64,000 nt of DNA from an uncultured Bifidobacterium sp. Lineage in GTDB: Bacteria > Actinomycetota > Acidimicrobiia > Acidimicrobiales > Ilumatobacteraceae. Below, one piece after another: positions 49,751-60,760 of the stretch (position 1 is the stretch's first letter; each line of letters begins with the position of its first letter). The stretch covers positions 7,422-71,421 of the forward strand of contig CAYSPE010000003.1 of assembly GCA_964432845.1 (NCBI GenBank). Direction: 5' to 3'. A program made the position numbers and the translations under genes. The notes beneath the pieces are model-generated. The model saw nothing but the letters and a program-made list of their open reading frames with translations, made no database searches and had not been told where the DNA came from.

Positions 49751-52021
49751 CTATTCGCCAACGGAGCCAGCAAGTGGTGCGTCGAGGCCGAGAGCCTTTT
49801 CGCCATTTTCCAAAGCTTCCAATACGTGAATAGCGATGTCGGCCACTTTCACAGAGCCTTCTTCGGCACCGGCAGCCTTCACGCCGTCGTCAAGCATGAT
49901 GTAGCAGAACGGACATGCAGTGGCCACGCGACCAGCACCAGTGCTGATTGCTTCTACTGCGCGCTCGTCGTTGACCTTGACGCCAATGGACTCTTCCATC
50001 CACATGCGTGCTCCACCTGCACCACAGCACATGCCCTTGGTGCCATTGCGAGGCATTTCGACAATCTGCAAGCCCTTGATGGAACCGACAACTTTGCGAG
50101 GTGCCATGTAGACATCGTTGTGGCGACCGAGGTAACACGAGTCGTGATACACGATGCGGTCTTCAAGCGAAGCGCTACGCATGTCGAGCTTGCCGGTTTC
50201 AATGAGGTGCTCAAGGAATTCACTGTGGTGAACAACTTCATAGTTGCCGCCCAACTGTGGGTATTCATTCTTCAATGTGTTGAAGCAGTGTGGGCACTGA
50301 GTGATGATCTTCTTCACGCCCATGCCGTTCATCATTTCGATGTTTGGCAATGCAAGCATTTGGAACAAGTACTCGTTACCTGAACGGCGAGCAGAGTCAC
50401 CGGTGCACATTTCTGATGGACCAAGAATTGCAACGTCAACACCGGCACGCTCAAGGAGCTTGGCCATTGCCTGAGTGACCTTCTTGTTCTTGTCGTCGAA
50501 TGAACCTGCACAGCCCACCCAGTACAAATACTCGTGGCTGAAAGGTGAGCCAGGGTCAACGACTTCAACGTTGAGGTCCTTTGCCCAATCGGCGCGGTCA
50601 TTTTGATTCATGCCCCATGGGTTGCCTTGGTTCTCCATTGAGCGGTAGGCGTTGCCCAACTCAGCTGGGAAGTTGCTCTCCATGAGCGACAAGTAACGAC
50701 GCATGTCGAGGATCTTGTCGAGAATCTCAATGTTGACGGGACAGTTCTCATCACATGCCTTACAAGTGGTGCACGACCACACTTCTTCAGCAGTGATGCG
50801 TTCAAAGAGTGAGTTTGCAGTGACCTTGATTTCGCCATCAACTGAAAGTGGTGGAGAAACCTGGCCACCGTGCGCATGCGCTGCAGTTGCAGCCATCACT
50901 TCACCGGTCTTCAGAACGATTTCGCGTGGGTCAAGCGGCTTGCCTGTTGCGTGTGCTGGACACACACTGGTGCAACGGCCACACATGGTGCATGCATCTG
51001 TGTCGAGTAATTGCTTCCACGTGAAATCTTCGACCACCGCAGCACCAAAACTTTCAAGTGAAGTTTCGGTGAGGTTTGGCATTGCGCGCATTGCGCCCTT
51101 TGGACGCTCGCGGTCCTTCAAGTACATGTTGAGCGGCGATGTGAACATGTGACGCAACATGGTGATGGGCAACAGTGCCAAGAAGATGATGAATGCAACA
51201 ACGTGTGTGACCCACATGGCCTGGTGCCAGTGAGTAAGGGTTGATTCAGCGGCGCCCTTGATGAGTTGTGCAAGTGGGTAACCGATGTACGACCACTTCT
51301 CAAAGCTCATGTTTCGTCCCGACGCAGTCATTTCTGCGATGCGCGTCATTTCTGCCGCGAAACCAGAAACACCAATCAGCAACAAGACACCAAGGATGAT
51401 GCCGTGTTCCTTCTTTGTCTTAATACGAATGCGGTATGGCTGCTGGATGTAACGGCGAACGATTGCCCACACCACACCCAATGTGAATACAAGCCCTGCA
51501 GTGTCACCGACGAACGCGTAACCCTGGTACACGCCACCATGCAGAAACTTCAGGTTCTCTGGCAATTGGTGATCGAGTTCAAGAGTGGTGGTGACGCCAA
51601 GGAGTACAAGGAAACCGAAGTAGATCATGGAGTGCATGAGACCCGCGCCGGCATCGCGCAGCAAGGTCTTCATGTACACGCCGGCGCGGTAATCCTTGAG
51701 ACGGTTCTTTGCGTTTTTCGGAGTGGTGCGGCGACGATCTGGCGCACCGCGTTCCCAGTTGCGTACGCGGTCAGCAAACTGAAATGCACCCCACACCAAC
51801 ATGATGGGGAGGATGGTGTAGAAAGCTGCCTGTAGCGGACCAGGAATTCCGTCGAACACTTCACGTGCAACTTCGGAGTGGTCGTGCCACTTGGTGAACT
51901 GAGGGACAATGCCCGAGGTCATGGTGAAGACGCCCATTCCAATGCCGATGGCAATCGACAACTGGTACGGACGGAGGCGCTTTGGCCCCTTCTCGGTGGT
52001 GGGAGACGCGTTCGTGCTCAT
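49751..52021 (-). CDS. Membrane-bound (Fe-S)-binding reductase: NarI/DsrM-like TM domain + two 4Fe-4S motifs + CCG domains (Rv0338c-like)
   Basis: 756 aa. N-terminal TM helices, CTMCGRCTSVCP and CTTCKACDENCP ferredoxin motifs, and C-terminal CCG motifs (WVGCAGSF, MCCGAGG). Confidence 0.85.
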   Translation of the reverse strand: MSTNASPTTEKGPKRLRPYQLSIAIGIGMGVFTMTSGIVPQFTKWHDHSEVAREVFDGIPGPLQAAFYTILPIMLVWGAFQFADRVRNWERGAPDRRRTTPKNAKNRLKDYRAGVYMKTLLRDAGAGLMHSMIYFGFLVLLGVTTTLELDHQLPENLKFLHGGVYQGYAFVGDTAGLVFTLGVVWAIVRRYIQQPYRIRIKTKKEHGIILGVLLLIGVSGFAAEMTRIAEMTASGRNMSFEKWSYIGYPLAQLIKGAAESTLTHWHQAMWVTHVVAFIIFLALLPITMLRHMFTSPLNMYLKDRERPKGAMRAMPNLTETSLESFGAAVVEDFTWKQLLDTDACTMCGRCTSVCPAHATGKPLDPREIVLKTGEVMAATAAHAHGGQVSPPLSVDGEIKVTANSLFERITAEEVWSCTTCKACDENCPVNIEILDKILDMRRYLSLMESNFPAELGNAYRSMENQGNPWGMNQNDRADWAKDLNVEVVDPGSPFSHEYLYWVGCAGSFDDKNKKVTQAMAKLLERAGVDVAILGPSEMCTGDSARRSGNEYLFQMLALPNIEMMNGMGVKKIITQCPHCFNTLKNEYPQLGGNYEVVHHSEFLEHLIETGKLDMRSASLEDRIVYHDSCYLGRHNDVYMAPRKVVGSIKGLQIVEMPRNGTKGMCCGAGGARMWMEESIGVKVNDERAVEAISTGAGRVATACPFCYIMLDDGVKAAGAEEGSVKVADIAIHVLEALENGEKALGLDAPLAGSVGE

Positions 52022-52118
52022 AACGCATTCAACGCTAGTGGTTACGGGCTCTCAAGCCCCGACCCATGAAGGGTTTCAGGCAAATTCTCTACCGCTATGG
52101 CAGGCGGTAAACCGCCGA

Positions 52119-52562
52119 TCAGCCGTAGTGTGCGCGGTCGAGTTCGCGAACGCGGGTGGCAAGTGCCTTGAGAAGCTTGCGTGAGATGGCAGGAATGTTG
52201 TCGATAGCGGTCTTAAGGCCGCGCTCGGACACTACGAGCAAGCGAACATCAGTGTCAGCAATAACTGCTGCGGTGCGTGGACCCTGGTCGAGAAGTGACA
52301 ATTCACCAATGACTGCTCCGGTCTTGGCGGTACCAATCTTCTTGCCGTTGCGCTTCACCGTGGCAGAGCCTTCGAGAATGACGTATGCCTCACGACCGGT
52401 TTGACCCTGGTCCATGATGACGGTGCCGGCCTTCAACACACGCTCGTTGGAGTTCTTCACTACCAATCCGAGTTCCTTTGAAGAACATTCAGAAAAGAGA
52501 GCGATATTGCGGAGGTGGTCGACGGTGGTCTTTGTGCTTGCCATATTCGTCAGTGTAATCAC
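52119..52562 (-). CDS. Stand-alone cyclic-nucleotide-binding domain protein
   Basis: 147 aa with a cNMP-binding beta-barrel and the phosphate-binding cassette GELSLLDQGPRTAAV. GTGA overlap with the gpmI stop (alternative ATG at 52544). Confidence 0.8.
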   Translation of the reverse strand: MITLTNMASTKTTVDHLRNIALFSECSSKELGLVVKNSNERVLKAGTVIMDQGQTGREAYVILEGSATVKRNGKKIGTAKTGAVIGELSLLDQGPRTAAVIADTDVRLLVVSERGLKTAIDNIPAISRKLLKALATRVRELDRAHYG

Positions 52563-54208
52563 ATCACAGAGAGCAGAGATACACGGAAGTCATCAGGAAC
52601 AGGTTGCCCTAACAAGGTGAGAACTGTGGCAGCCACATTGGAGATACCTGCATCTTCAACACCTGATGCAGCGATGGTGCGACCCGAATAATCGATTGCG
52701 AGAAACGGCACAGGCGAGAGCGTGTGTGATTTTTTTGGAACAGGGATTCCATTTTCATCCACTAATTCATTGCCGGCCTTGTCTCGCTCAATGAGCACTT
52801 CACAGTTGCCGTGGTCTGCGGTGATGAGCAGTGTTCCACCAGTTGCCTTCACTGCATCGTTGACGCGGATGAGTGCTTCGTCAATGGCTTCAACGGCAAT
52901 GACCGAGGCAGGAATACTGCCGGTGTGACCCACCATGTCTCCACCTGCAAAATTGCAACGAATAAAGGGGAATTTGCCTGATTTCACTGCGTTCACTACT
53001 TCGTCACCAGTTTCGGCGGCTTTCATTCGAGGCAGTTGATCAAAAGGAACTTTGTCGGATGGAATCTCAATGTAAGTCTCAAGGTCATTATTGAATTTGT
53101 CGGAACGATTGCCGTTCCAGAAGTACGTGACATGTCCGTACTTCTGAGTTTCAGCACAGGCCATTTGTGCGATGCCTGCGTTCGCAAGAAGTTCGGACAC
53201 CGTGCCCGTGACTCGAGTGGGGGGTACAAGAAATTCGGCAGGAATTCCGAGATCACCGTCGTACATGGTCATGCCCACCACCAGAAGGTTGTGTGGAAGT
53301 GGACCGCGATCGAATGCAGTGAAGGGGTCTTCGGCGAGCGCACGATAGATCTCCACCATGCGGTCCCCTCGGAAGTTGAAGAGCACAACCGCGTCGTTAT
53401 CGAGCATGCGGCCAACTGGCACATTGTGTTCGTCAACAATGGTGAAGCTCGGTAAGTACTGATCGCTGACGCCTGGGTCTTCAGCACGCAAGGTGGTTAA
53501 TGCTTCTTCGGCTGAATGGAATGGCCGGGCAGTTCCTGCGGCGTGCGCTGCATAGCCGCGCTGCACGATGGACCAATCTGCTTCGTATCGGTCCATGGTG
53601 GTGTTCATGCGACCGCCGCCAGAGCCAATAACCACAAGTGTTTGCGGGTATTTGGCCTGCAGATCTGCGATGGCGTTGTTCAGTTCGGCGAGGTATTTCT
53701 CGGCTGTTTGGTCGATGACATCGCGACCGTCGAAGAGAGGGTGTACCACTAATTTGCGTGCGCCCTCTTCTGCCGCCTTATTGAGAAGGATGATGAGATG
53801 GCGAATGTGCGAATGCACATTGCCGTCGGATAGCAGGCCAACAAAATGAATCTGGTGGTCTTTGTGACTCATCACGTGCTGCCACGCTGATCCCCAAATA
53901 TCACCAGAGGCGAGGGCGGCCTCTACTTGTTTGGCGCCTTGGTCAAAAATGCGGCCCGCTCCCATGATGTTGTGTCCGACCTCGGAATTTCCCATGTCGG
54001 CATCGCTTGGAAGACCAACGGCTACTCCGTGGGCCCGAATTGGAAGGGAAACGACGGGGGTGCCGTTGACAGAGCCGGCAATGGCGGAATGGAGAAAGGG
54101 GGCGTTTGCTTGGGCCAGAGCGTTGTCGTGGTGCGGATCTTCAAGTCCCACGCCGTCGAGAATGGCCAATACGAGGGGTGCAGATGCGCTGTTGGGGGTT
54201 GCCGACAT
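52559..54208 (-). CDS. gpmI: 2,3-bisphosphoglycerate-independent phosphoglycerate mutase
   Basis: ORF 52559..54286. The ATG at 54208 gives MSATPNSASAPLVLAILDG, matching iPGM N-termini. Motifs MGNSEVGH and ITADHGN. The longer form would cover the dnaK promoter region. Confidence 0.9.
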   Translation of the reverse strand: MSATPNSASAPLVLAILDGVGLEDPHHDNALAQANAPFLHSAIAGSVNGTPVVSLPIRAHGVAVGLPSDADMGNSEVGHNIMGAGRIFDQGAKQVEAALASGDIWGSAWQHVMSHKDHQIHFVGLLSDGNVHSHIRHLIILLNKAAEEGARKLVVHPLFDGRDVIDQTAEKYLAELNNAIADLQAKYPQTLVVIGSGGGRMNTTMDRYEADWSIVQRGYAAHAAGTARPFHSAEEALTTLRAEDPGVSDQYLPSFTIVDEHNVPVGRMLDNDAVVLFNFRGDRMVEIYRALAEDPFTAFDRGPLPHNLLVVGMTMYDGDLGIPAEFLVPPTRVTGTVSELLANAGIAQMACAETQKYGHVTYFWNGNRSDKFNNDLETYIEIPSDKVPFDQLPRMKAAETGDEVVNAVKSGKFPFIRCNFAGGDMVGHTGSIPASVIAVEAIDEALIRVNDAVKATGGTLLITADHGNCEVLIERDKAGNELVDENGIPVPKKSHTLSPVPFLAIDYSGRTIAASGVEDAGISNVAATVLTLLGQPVPDDFRVSLLSVM

Positions 54209-54255
54209 GGGCTCAGAATATATGGAGATACCACTGTCGGGTGACTGAGCAAAAG

Positions 54256-54275
54256 TTGAGTCACCTTGTATCAAG
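54256..54275. promoter_or_regulatory. HAIR-like inverted repeat (TTGAGT-N7-TATCAAG), candidate HspR operator
   Basis: Compare the HAIR consensus CTTGAGT-N7-ACTCAAG. The left half matches and the right half has 2 mismatches. It overlaps a second repeat, GTGACT-N12-AGTCAC, at 54241-54264. Confidence 0.35.
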
Positions 54276-54291
54276 TTTTCTGTCACAAAGG

Positions 54292-54320
54292 TTGCAAGGT
54301 GGGAGCAATGGGCTTATTCT
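54292..54320 (+). promoter_or_regulatory. Sigma-70-like promoter for dnaK (TTGCAA-17 bp-TATTCT)
   Basis: -35 at 54292-54297 and -10 at 54315-54320, about 55 nt upstream of the dnaK ATG. Confidence 0.4.
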
Positions 54321-54375
54321 GAGCACATCCCACCCACGCCCGGCCCCCGCCGGGAATTGATTAGGAGACAAACCC

Positions 54376-56211
54376 ATGGCAAAAGCAGTCGGAATCGACC
54401 TCGGAACAACCAACTCAGTGGTTTCAGTTCTTGAGGCAGGCGAGCCAGTCGTTATTCCCAACTCCGAAGGCGCGCGCACAACGCCTTCCATCGTGGCCTT
54501 CTCAAAGACCGGCGAAGTTCTCGTCGGTGAAGTGGCAAAGCGCCAAGCCATCACCAACCCCGATCGCACCTTCCGCAGCATCAAGCGCGAAATGGGCACA
54601 GCCTGGAAGTCAGAAGACATTGACGGCAAGAAGTACACCCCACAGGAAATTTCTGCACGCACTCTCATGAAGTTGAAGCGCGACGCCGAGGCCTACTTGG
54701 GCGACACGGTCACCGATGCAGTAATCACCGTCCCTGCTTATTTCGGCGATGCCGAGCGCACCGCAACAAAAGAAGCAGGCACCATTGCCGGCCTCAATGT
54801 TCTGCGCATTATCAACGAACCAACTGCTGCGGCACTTGCGTACGGACTCGACAAGTCCACCGAAGACGAAACCATTCTTGTGTTCGACCTTGGTGGTGGC
54901 ACGTTCGACGTTTCAGTTCTTGAAATCGGTGATGGCGTGTTCGAAGTAAAGAGCACCCACGGCGACACACACCTTGGCGGTGACGACTGGGACCAACGCA
55001 TTATCGATTGGTTGGTGCAACAGTTCAAGGGCGCACACGGCGTCGACCTTGCACAAGACAAGATGGCCCTTCAGCGCCTGAAGGAAGCAGCAGAGAAGGC
55101 AAAGATCGAGTTGTCGCAAACACAGCAGACGCAGATCAACCTGCCTTTCATCACCGCAACGGCTGAAGGTCCATTGCACCTCGATGAGTCGCTCACCCGC
55201 GCAAAGTTCCAAGAAATGACCGCAGATCTTGTTGAGCGTTGTCGCATCGCTTTCGAGCAGGCGCTGAAAGATGCAGGCGTTACAAAGAATCAGGTCAACC
55301 ACGTCATTCTCGTTGGTGGATCAACTCGTATGCCTGCCGTGCAAGACCTGGTCATGAATCTCACCGGCAAAGAGCCAAACAAAACAGTGAACCCCGACGA
55401 AGTGGTGGCAATCGGTGCAGCTATTCAGGCAGGCGTGTTGAAGGGCGAAGTTAAAGACGTTCTTCTTCTTGACGTCACGCCATTGTCCTTGGGTATTGAA
55501 ACCAAGGGCGGCGTTATGACCAAGCTCATCGAGCGCAACACCACCATTCCCACTCGTCGTTCCGAAGTGTTCACCACTGCCGACGACAACCAACCATCGG
55601 TGGAGATCAAGGTGTTGCAGGGCGAGCGCGAGATGGCGTCGTTCAACAAGGAAATTGGGTTGTTCACACTTGGTGATCTTCCACCTGCACCGCGCGGTGT
55701 GCCACAGATTGAAGTCACGTTCGACATTGACGCGAACGGAATCATCAATGTGTCTGCGAAAGACCGGGCTACGAACAAAGATGCGTCCATCACTATCGCT
55801 GGTTCATCAACGCTCAGTAAGGAAAACATTGAGCAAATGGTGAAAGACGCAGAAGCTCACGCCGAAGAAGATCGTCAGCGTCGTGAAGAAGCTGAAATTC
55901 GCAACAACGCCGATTCGCTTGTGTACCAAACCGAGAAGGTATTGCGTGAACAAGGCGCAGATGTTGCAGAAGAAGAAAAGGCCGCGGTGGAAACTCCACT
56001 TACCGCACTTAAAACTGCCATCGCCGGCAACAACCTTGAAGAAATCAAGGCTGCAACCGAAGCGCTCATGGCAGCAAGCTCGGCATTCACGCAGAAGTTG
56101 TACGAGGCAGCAGCTCGCGATAGCCAAGCAGCTGGTACATCGGCATCTGGTGCAAGCGCCGGTTCATCCGATGATGACATCGTCGACGCAGAAATTGTGG
56201 ACGAGCAATAA
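54376..56211 (+). CDS. dnaK: Molecular chaperone DnaK (Hsp70)
   Basis: 611 aa. [17 protein letters not shown], and typical Hsp70 architecture. AGGAG SD upstream. Confidence 0.97.
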   Translation: MAKAVGIDLGTTNSVVSVLEAGEPVVIPNSEGARTTPSIVAFSKTGEVLVGEVAKRQAITNPDRTFRSIKREMGTAWKSEDIDGKKYTPQEISARTLMKLKRDAEAYLGDTVTDAVITVPAYFGDAERTATKEAGTIAGLNVLRIINEPTAAALAYGLDKSTEDETILVFDLGGGTFDVSVLEIGDGVFEVKSTHGDTHLGGDDWDQRIIDWLVQQFKGAHGVDLAQDKMALQRLKEAAEKAKIELSQTQQTQINLPFITATAEGPLHLDESLTRAKFQEMTADLVERCRIAFEQALKDAGVTKNQVNHVILVGGSTRMPAVQDLVMNLTGKEPNKTVNPDEVVAIGAAIQAGVLKGEVKDVLLLDVTPLSLGIETKGGVMTKLIERNTTIPTRRSEVFTTADDNQPSVEIKVLQGEREMASFNKEIGLFTLGDLPPAPRGVPQIEVTFDIDANGIINVSAKDRATNKDASITIAGSSTLSKENIEQMVKDAEAHAEEDRQRREEAEIRNNADSLVYQTEKVLREQGADVAEEEKAAVETPLTALKTAIAGNNLEEIKAATEALMAASSAFTQKLYEAAARDSQAAGTSASGASAGSSDDDIVDAEIVDEQ

Positions 56212-56214
56212 GCA

Positions 56215-56715
56215 ATGACGAACGAGTCCCATCCCAAGTCGCCACTCGATGAGGCCGCGCTCTTTGAAGCAGTAGACGCTGCAGAAGAAGTGGTGGAGCA
56301 CGACATCGAGTTGTTGCTGAAGGAACGTAACGAGTTCAAAGACATCGCCCTGCGCCTGCAGGCCGATTTTGAGAACTTCAAGAAACGTGCCGCAGCACAA
56401 CAAAGCGACGAAGTTGATCGTGCAACAGGGCGTCTTGCCGATGCCCTGTTGCCAGTACTCGACGCGTGCGAAGCTGCTTTCACACACGGCGCCGAGGGAG
56501 TTGAACCCATTTGGTCAGCGCTAATTGGCACATTGTCAAAGCAAGGGTTGGTGGCGTTTGATTTGCTGAACAAGCCATTTGATCCAGAAACTGCTGAGGC
56601 GGTCATGCACGAAGAAGGCGATGGCGGAGAGCCCATCGTTGTTGAAGTGTTGCGCACTGGTTATCAGTGGAAAGGTCGCGTGTTGCGCGCCGCCATGGTG
56701 AAGGTGAGGGGGTAA
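56215..56715 (+). CDS. grpE: Nucleotide exchange factor GrpE
   Basis: 166 aa with LRLQADFENFKKR and a C-terminal beta domain. It lies between dnaK and dnaJ. Confidence 0.93.
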   Translation: MTNESHPKSPLDEAALFEAVDAAEEVVEHDIELLLKERNEFKDIALRLQADFENFKKRAAAQQSDEVDRATGRLADALLPVLDACEAAFTHGAEGVEPIWSALIGTLSKQGLVAFDLLNKPFDPETAEAVMHEEGDGGEPIVVEVLRTGYQWKGRVLRAAMVKVRG

Positions 56716-56718
56716 GTC

Positions 56719-57834
56719 TTGACTGCCCAACGCGAGTGGTTCGAAAAGGATTACTACGCAGTGCTCGGTGTTTCGAAAGAAGCAACCGATAAGGAAATCA
56801 CCAAGGCTTATCGACGTCTTGCACGTCAGTACCATCCCGATGCCAACCCGGGAGATGCCGCTGCAGAAGAGAAATTCAAAGACATCTCCGCCGCGTACGA
56901 CGTGGTGGGTGATGCTTCAAAACGGGCAGAGTACGACGAAGTGCGCCGCATGGGTCCCATGGGCGGATTCGGTGGTGGCCAACGTGGTGGCAATTTCAAC
57001 TTTGATGTCGGCGGAGACGGCCTCGGCGACATTTTCGGTCAAATGTTTGGCGGACGTGGACGCCGTGGCCAACAGGCAACTGGCCCACAACGTGGCGAAG
57101 ATATTTCGTCTGTGCTCACTCTCTCATTTGAAGAGGCAGCACACGGAATGACCACAACACTGCACCTCACTGCAGACGCCACTTGCTCATCGTGCACAGG
57201 GTCGGGCGCACGACCCGGAACCACACCAAAAACGTGCAGTGCATGTGGCGGCCGTGGTTCTGTTGCTGACAATCAAGGATTCTTCTCGTTTTCATCTCCA
57301 TGTCGATCATGTGGTGGACAGGGTCGCATCATTGAGTACCCCTGCTCCACATGTCGTGGTTCTGGCATCGAGCATCGCCCGCGAGAGGTCAATGCTCGAA
57401 TACCGGCCGGTGTGAGTGATGGTCAACGCATTCGTCTCAAAGGTCGTGGAGCGCCAGGTCGAAATAATGGACAACCTGGCGATCTCTTTATTGAATGCCA
57501 TGTACTTCCTCACGCGGTGTTTGCGCGAGAAGGCCTCAACTTGTTGGTGCGCGTCCCGGTCTCTTTCACAGAAGCTGTGCTCGGTTCCACTATCACAGTT
57601 CCCACTCTTGAAGGAACAGATGTGGCCTTGCGATTAAAGCCAGGAACGCAATCCGGATCACGTCATCGCGTCAAGGATAAGGGCATCGACAACGGGAAAA
57701 AGCGCGGCGACCTTATTGTCACCATTGATGTACACGTTCCTACCTCGCTCACTGAAGAAGAACGAGAAGCCGTTGAGGCGTTACACAATGTGTTGCAATC
57801 TCCGCGAAATAGTCAAGAAAAGCGAGGTGCATAA
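56719..57834 (+). CDS. dnaJ: Molecular chaperone DnaJ
   Basis: TTG start. J domain ([31 protein letters not shown]), G/F region, and four CxxCxGxG zinc motifs. Confidence 0.95.
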   Translation: MTAQREWFEKDYYAVLGVSKEATDKEITKAYRRLARQYHPDANPGDAAAEEKFKDISAAYDVVGDASKRAEYDEVRRMGPMGGFGGGQRGGNFNFDVGGDGLGDIFGQMFGGRGRRGQQATGPQRGEDISSVLTLSFEEAAHGMTTTLHLTADATCSSCTGSGARPGTTPKTCSACGGRGSVADNQGFFSFSSPCRSCGGQGRIIEYPCSTCRGSGIEHRPREVNARIPAGVSDGQRIRLKGRGAPGRNNGQPGDLFIECHVLPHAVFAREGLNLLVRVPVSFTEAVLGSTITVPTLEGTDVALRLKPGTQSGSRHRVKDKGIDNGKKRGDLIVTIDVHVPTSLTEEEREAVEALHNVLQSPRNSQEKRGA

Positions 57835-58223
57835 TGCGACATCAACACCACGCTGTGTACGTCATTTCTGTAGCTGCCGAACTTGCCGGAATGCACCCAC
57901 AAACCTTGCGCATTTACGAACGTCGTGGATTGGTGATGCCTGCACGTACTACTGGTGGAAACCGTCGATACAGCGATGCCGATATTGCACGTCTTCGGCG
58001 TATTGCGCAACTTGCTGCCACAGGAATGAATCTTGAAGGCATCAAGCACGTCATGTCGTTGGAAGAAGAAGTAGTACGACTACGTGATGAAGTGGAGCAG
58101 TTGCGCCACGCACTCACTGAAGTAATGAACGCATCGTCACCCAAGCGCGGAGATCTTGTACCTCTACGCCAAGCAATCACTCTCTTTGGCCATCGGCCCA
58201 GCATCTTTGATCCCAATCGATAA
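57834..58223 (+). CDS. hspR: MerR-family heat-shock repressor HspR
   Basis: 129 aa. The ATG overlaps the dnaJ stop (TAATG). MerR HTH YVISVAAELAGMHPQTLRIYERRGL...GGNRRYS. It is the last gene of the dnaK operon, as in actinobacteria. Confidence 0.85.
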   Translation: MRHQHHAVYVISVAAELAGMHPQTLRIYERRGLVMPARTTGGNRRYSDADIARLRRIAQLAATGMNLEGIKHVMSLEEEVVRLRDEVEQLRHALTEVMNASSPKRGDLVPLRQAITLFGHRPSIFDPNR

Positions 58224-58264
58224 AACACTTTTCATAGTTCCGCACACACAAGGAGGCCACCCCC

Positions 58265-60757
58265 ATGGCAATTAATCCAAAGAAGTGGACAACAAAAACA
58301 CACGAAGCAATCTCCGCCGCGAGCGACCTTGCGAACAGCGCCGGCAATCCCGAGCTCACCATTGATCACCTCTTGCACGCGGTAGTGAGTCAGGAAGACA
58401 CCATTGTTCCTGCTTTTTTGCAGAAGCTTGGTATTGCCGCTGGCATGTTGCGCACATCGGCCGAAGAACGAATTTCCAGAATGCCGCGTGTACAAGGCGG
58501 CGCCGAGGCCCGAATGAATCGGGAACTTTCCAATGTCATGGAAAACGCCGACAGTGCTCGTCAAGACCTACGCGACGATTATCTATCGGTCGAACATCTC
58601 ATGTTGGCCATGAATCAACGCATTGGTATTGGCTCGGAAGAGATGTTGACTGCACTGAAAGAAGTGCGTGGCTCGCACCGAGTTACTTCACCTGACCCCG
58701 AGTCACAATTTGCAGCTCTTGAAAAATACGGTCAGGACCTCACAGCTCGAGCACGTGCCGGAAAGATTGACCCTGTCATCGGGCGAGATGAGGAAATTCG
58801 TCGAGTAATTCAGGTGTTGTCGCGCCGAACAAAGAACAATCCCGTCCTTATTGGTGAACCTGGCGTGGGCAAAACAGCGATTGTTGAAGGACTCGCTCGT
58901 CGCATTGCCGATGGTGACGTACCCGAAGGTTTAAAAGACAAGAGACTCGTTTCGTTAGATATTGCTTCGATGTTGGCGGGTGCAAAGTATCGAGGTGAAT
59001 TTGAAGAACGCCTGAAGGCTGTCCTGAAGGAAATCACTGACGCGCAGGGCGAAGTCATCACATTTGTTGACGAAATGCACACCTTGGTAGGTGCGGGCGC
59101 CGGCGGTGAGGGTGCGATGGACGCGGGCAACATGATCAAGCCCATGCTTGCTCGCGGCGAACTACGAATGATCGGTGCCACCACTCTTGATGAATTCAGA
59201 AAGTACGTGGAAAAGGATCCTGCGCTCGAACGTCGCTTCCAACAAGTGTTTGTTGGTGAGCCAACTGTCCCCGACACCATTGCAATATTGCGAGGATTGA
59301 AAGAGCGTTACGAAGTGCATCACGGAGTTCGCATTCAAGACTCCGCGCTCGTGAGCGCCGCAGTTTTGTCGAATCGTTATCTCACCAATCGATTCCTGCC
59401 GGACAAAGCCATCGATCTCATGGATGAAGCGGCAAGCAAATTACGAATTGAAATCGATTCACTTCCCACGGAAATTGACGTTGTGCAACGACGAATTTTG
59501 CAATTGGAAATTGAGAAGGTTGCTCTTGAAAAAGAAACCGATGCAGCATCTCGTGACCGACTGACATCTCTCGACGAAGAACTGTCCACTTTGCAATCCG
59601 AAGTTGACTCAATGAAGGCTCACTGGGAATCGGAGCGCGAAGCAATTTCTGCCATTCGTACGTTGAAAGAAGAACTTGAGTCTCTTCGAATTGCCGTGGA
59701 ACGCGAAGTTGATTTGGCAAAGGCGGCTGAAATTCAATATGGACGAATTCCAGAGATTGAACGTCGCATTGCCGACGCAACACAGCACCTCGACCAATTG
59801 CAATCCACTGAGCGAATGCTGAAAGAAGAAGTGGACGCCGAAGACATTGCTGAAGTGGTGTCGAAGTGGACCGGAGTTCCTGTGAGTCGCCTGCTCGAAG
59901 GCGAGATGCAAAAACTCATTCACTTAGAAGCGCAACTTCATAAGCGTGTTGTTGGTCAGGACGATGCGGTCACCGCAGTTTCCAATGCCATCCGTCGTAG
60001 CCGTGCGGGGTTGTCCGACCCACATCGACCTATTGGTTCATTCATGTTCTTGGGACCAACTGGCGTGGGTAAAACCGAGTTGGCACGTGCGTTGGCTGAG
60101 TATTTGTTCGACGACGAAAAGGCCATGGTGAGAATAGACATGGCCGAATACATGGAGAAATACTCCGTCAGCAGACTCATCGGCGCACCTCCTGGATATG
60201 TCGGCTACGACGAAGGTGGGCAACTCACCGAAGCGGTGCGACGTCGTCCATACAGCGTGGTGTTGCTCGACGAAGTTGAAAAGGCACATCCCGATGTTTT
60301 CAACGTGTTGTTGCAGGTGCTTGACGACGGTCGACTCACCGATGGTCAAGGTCGTACGGTTGATTTCACCAACGTGGTGTTGATCATGACAAGCAATCTT
60401 TCCGGTGAACCCATTGAGTATTTCCGGCCCGAATTCGTGAATCGCATCGATGAAATCGTGCGGTTCCGTTCACTCACCGAAGAAGACTTGGGTCAAATCG
60501 TTGATATTCAACTGGAACATTTGGTTGAGCGCATGGCCGATCGGCGAATCACATTGCAAGTGACGCCGGCAGCTCGCACGTTGCTCGGCGCGAAAGGGTT
60601 TGACCCTTCGTTCGGTGCGCGTCCCTTAAAGCGCTTGATTCAGAAAGAAATTGCCGACAAGGCTGCTCTCATCATTCTTGAGGGTGCTGTTTCTGAAGAC
60701 GGCACAGTTCGAGTTGATGTTGCTGATACCGGCGAACTCACAGTTCAATCGGTGTAG
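58265..60757 (+). CDS. clpB: ATP-dependent chaperone ClpB
   Basis: 830 aa. Two AAA+ modules ([16 protein letters not shown]) separated by a long coiled-coil M domain. AAGGAGG SD upstream. Confidence 0.96.
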   Translation: MAINPKKWTTKTHEAISAASDLANSAGNPELTIDHLLHAVVSQEDTIVPAFLQKLGIAAGMLRTSAEERISRMPRVQGGAEARMNRELSNVMENADSARQDLRDDYLSVEHLMLAMNQRIGIGSEEMLTALKEVRGSHRVTSPDPESQFAALEKYGQDLTARARAGKIDPVIGRDEEIRRVIQVLSRRTKNNPVLIGEPGVGKTAIVEGLARRIADGDVPEGLKDKRLVSLDIASMLAGAKYRGEFEERLKAVLKEITDAQGEVITFVDEMHTLVGAGAGGEGAMDAGNMIKPMLARGELRMIGATTLDEFRKYVEKDPALERRFQQVFVGEPTVPDTIAILRGLKERYEVHHGVRIQDSALVSAAVLSNRYLTNRFLPDKAIDLMDEAASKLRIEIDSLPTEIDVVQRRILQLEIEKVALEKETDAASRDRLTSLDEELSTLQSEVDSMKAHWESEREAISAIRTLKEELESLRIAVEREVDLAKAAEIQYGRIPEIERRIADATQHLDQLQSTERMLKEEVDAEDIAEVVSKWTGVPVSRLLEGEMQKLIHLEAQLHKRVVGQDDAVTAVSNAIRRSRAGLSDPHRPIGSFMFLGPTGVGKTELARALAEYLFDDEKAMVRIDMAEYMEKYSVSRLIGAPPGYVGYDEGGQLTEAVRRRPYSVVLLDEVEKAHPDVFNVLLQVLDDGRLTDGQGRTVDFTNVVLIMTSNLSGEPIEYFRPEFVNRIDEIVRFRSLTEEDLGQIVDIQLEHLVERMADRRITLQVTPAARTLLGAKGFDPSFGARPLKRLIQKEIADKAALIILEGAVSEDGTVRVDVADTGELTVQSV

Positions 60758-60760
60758 CTA

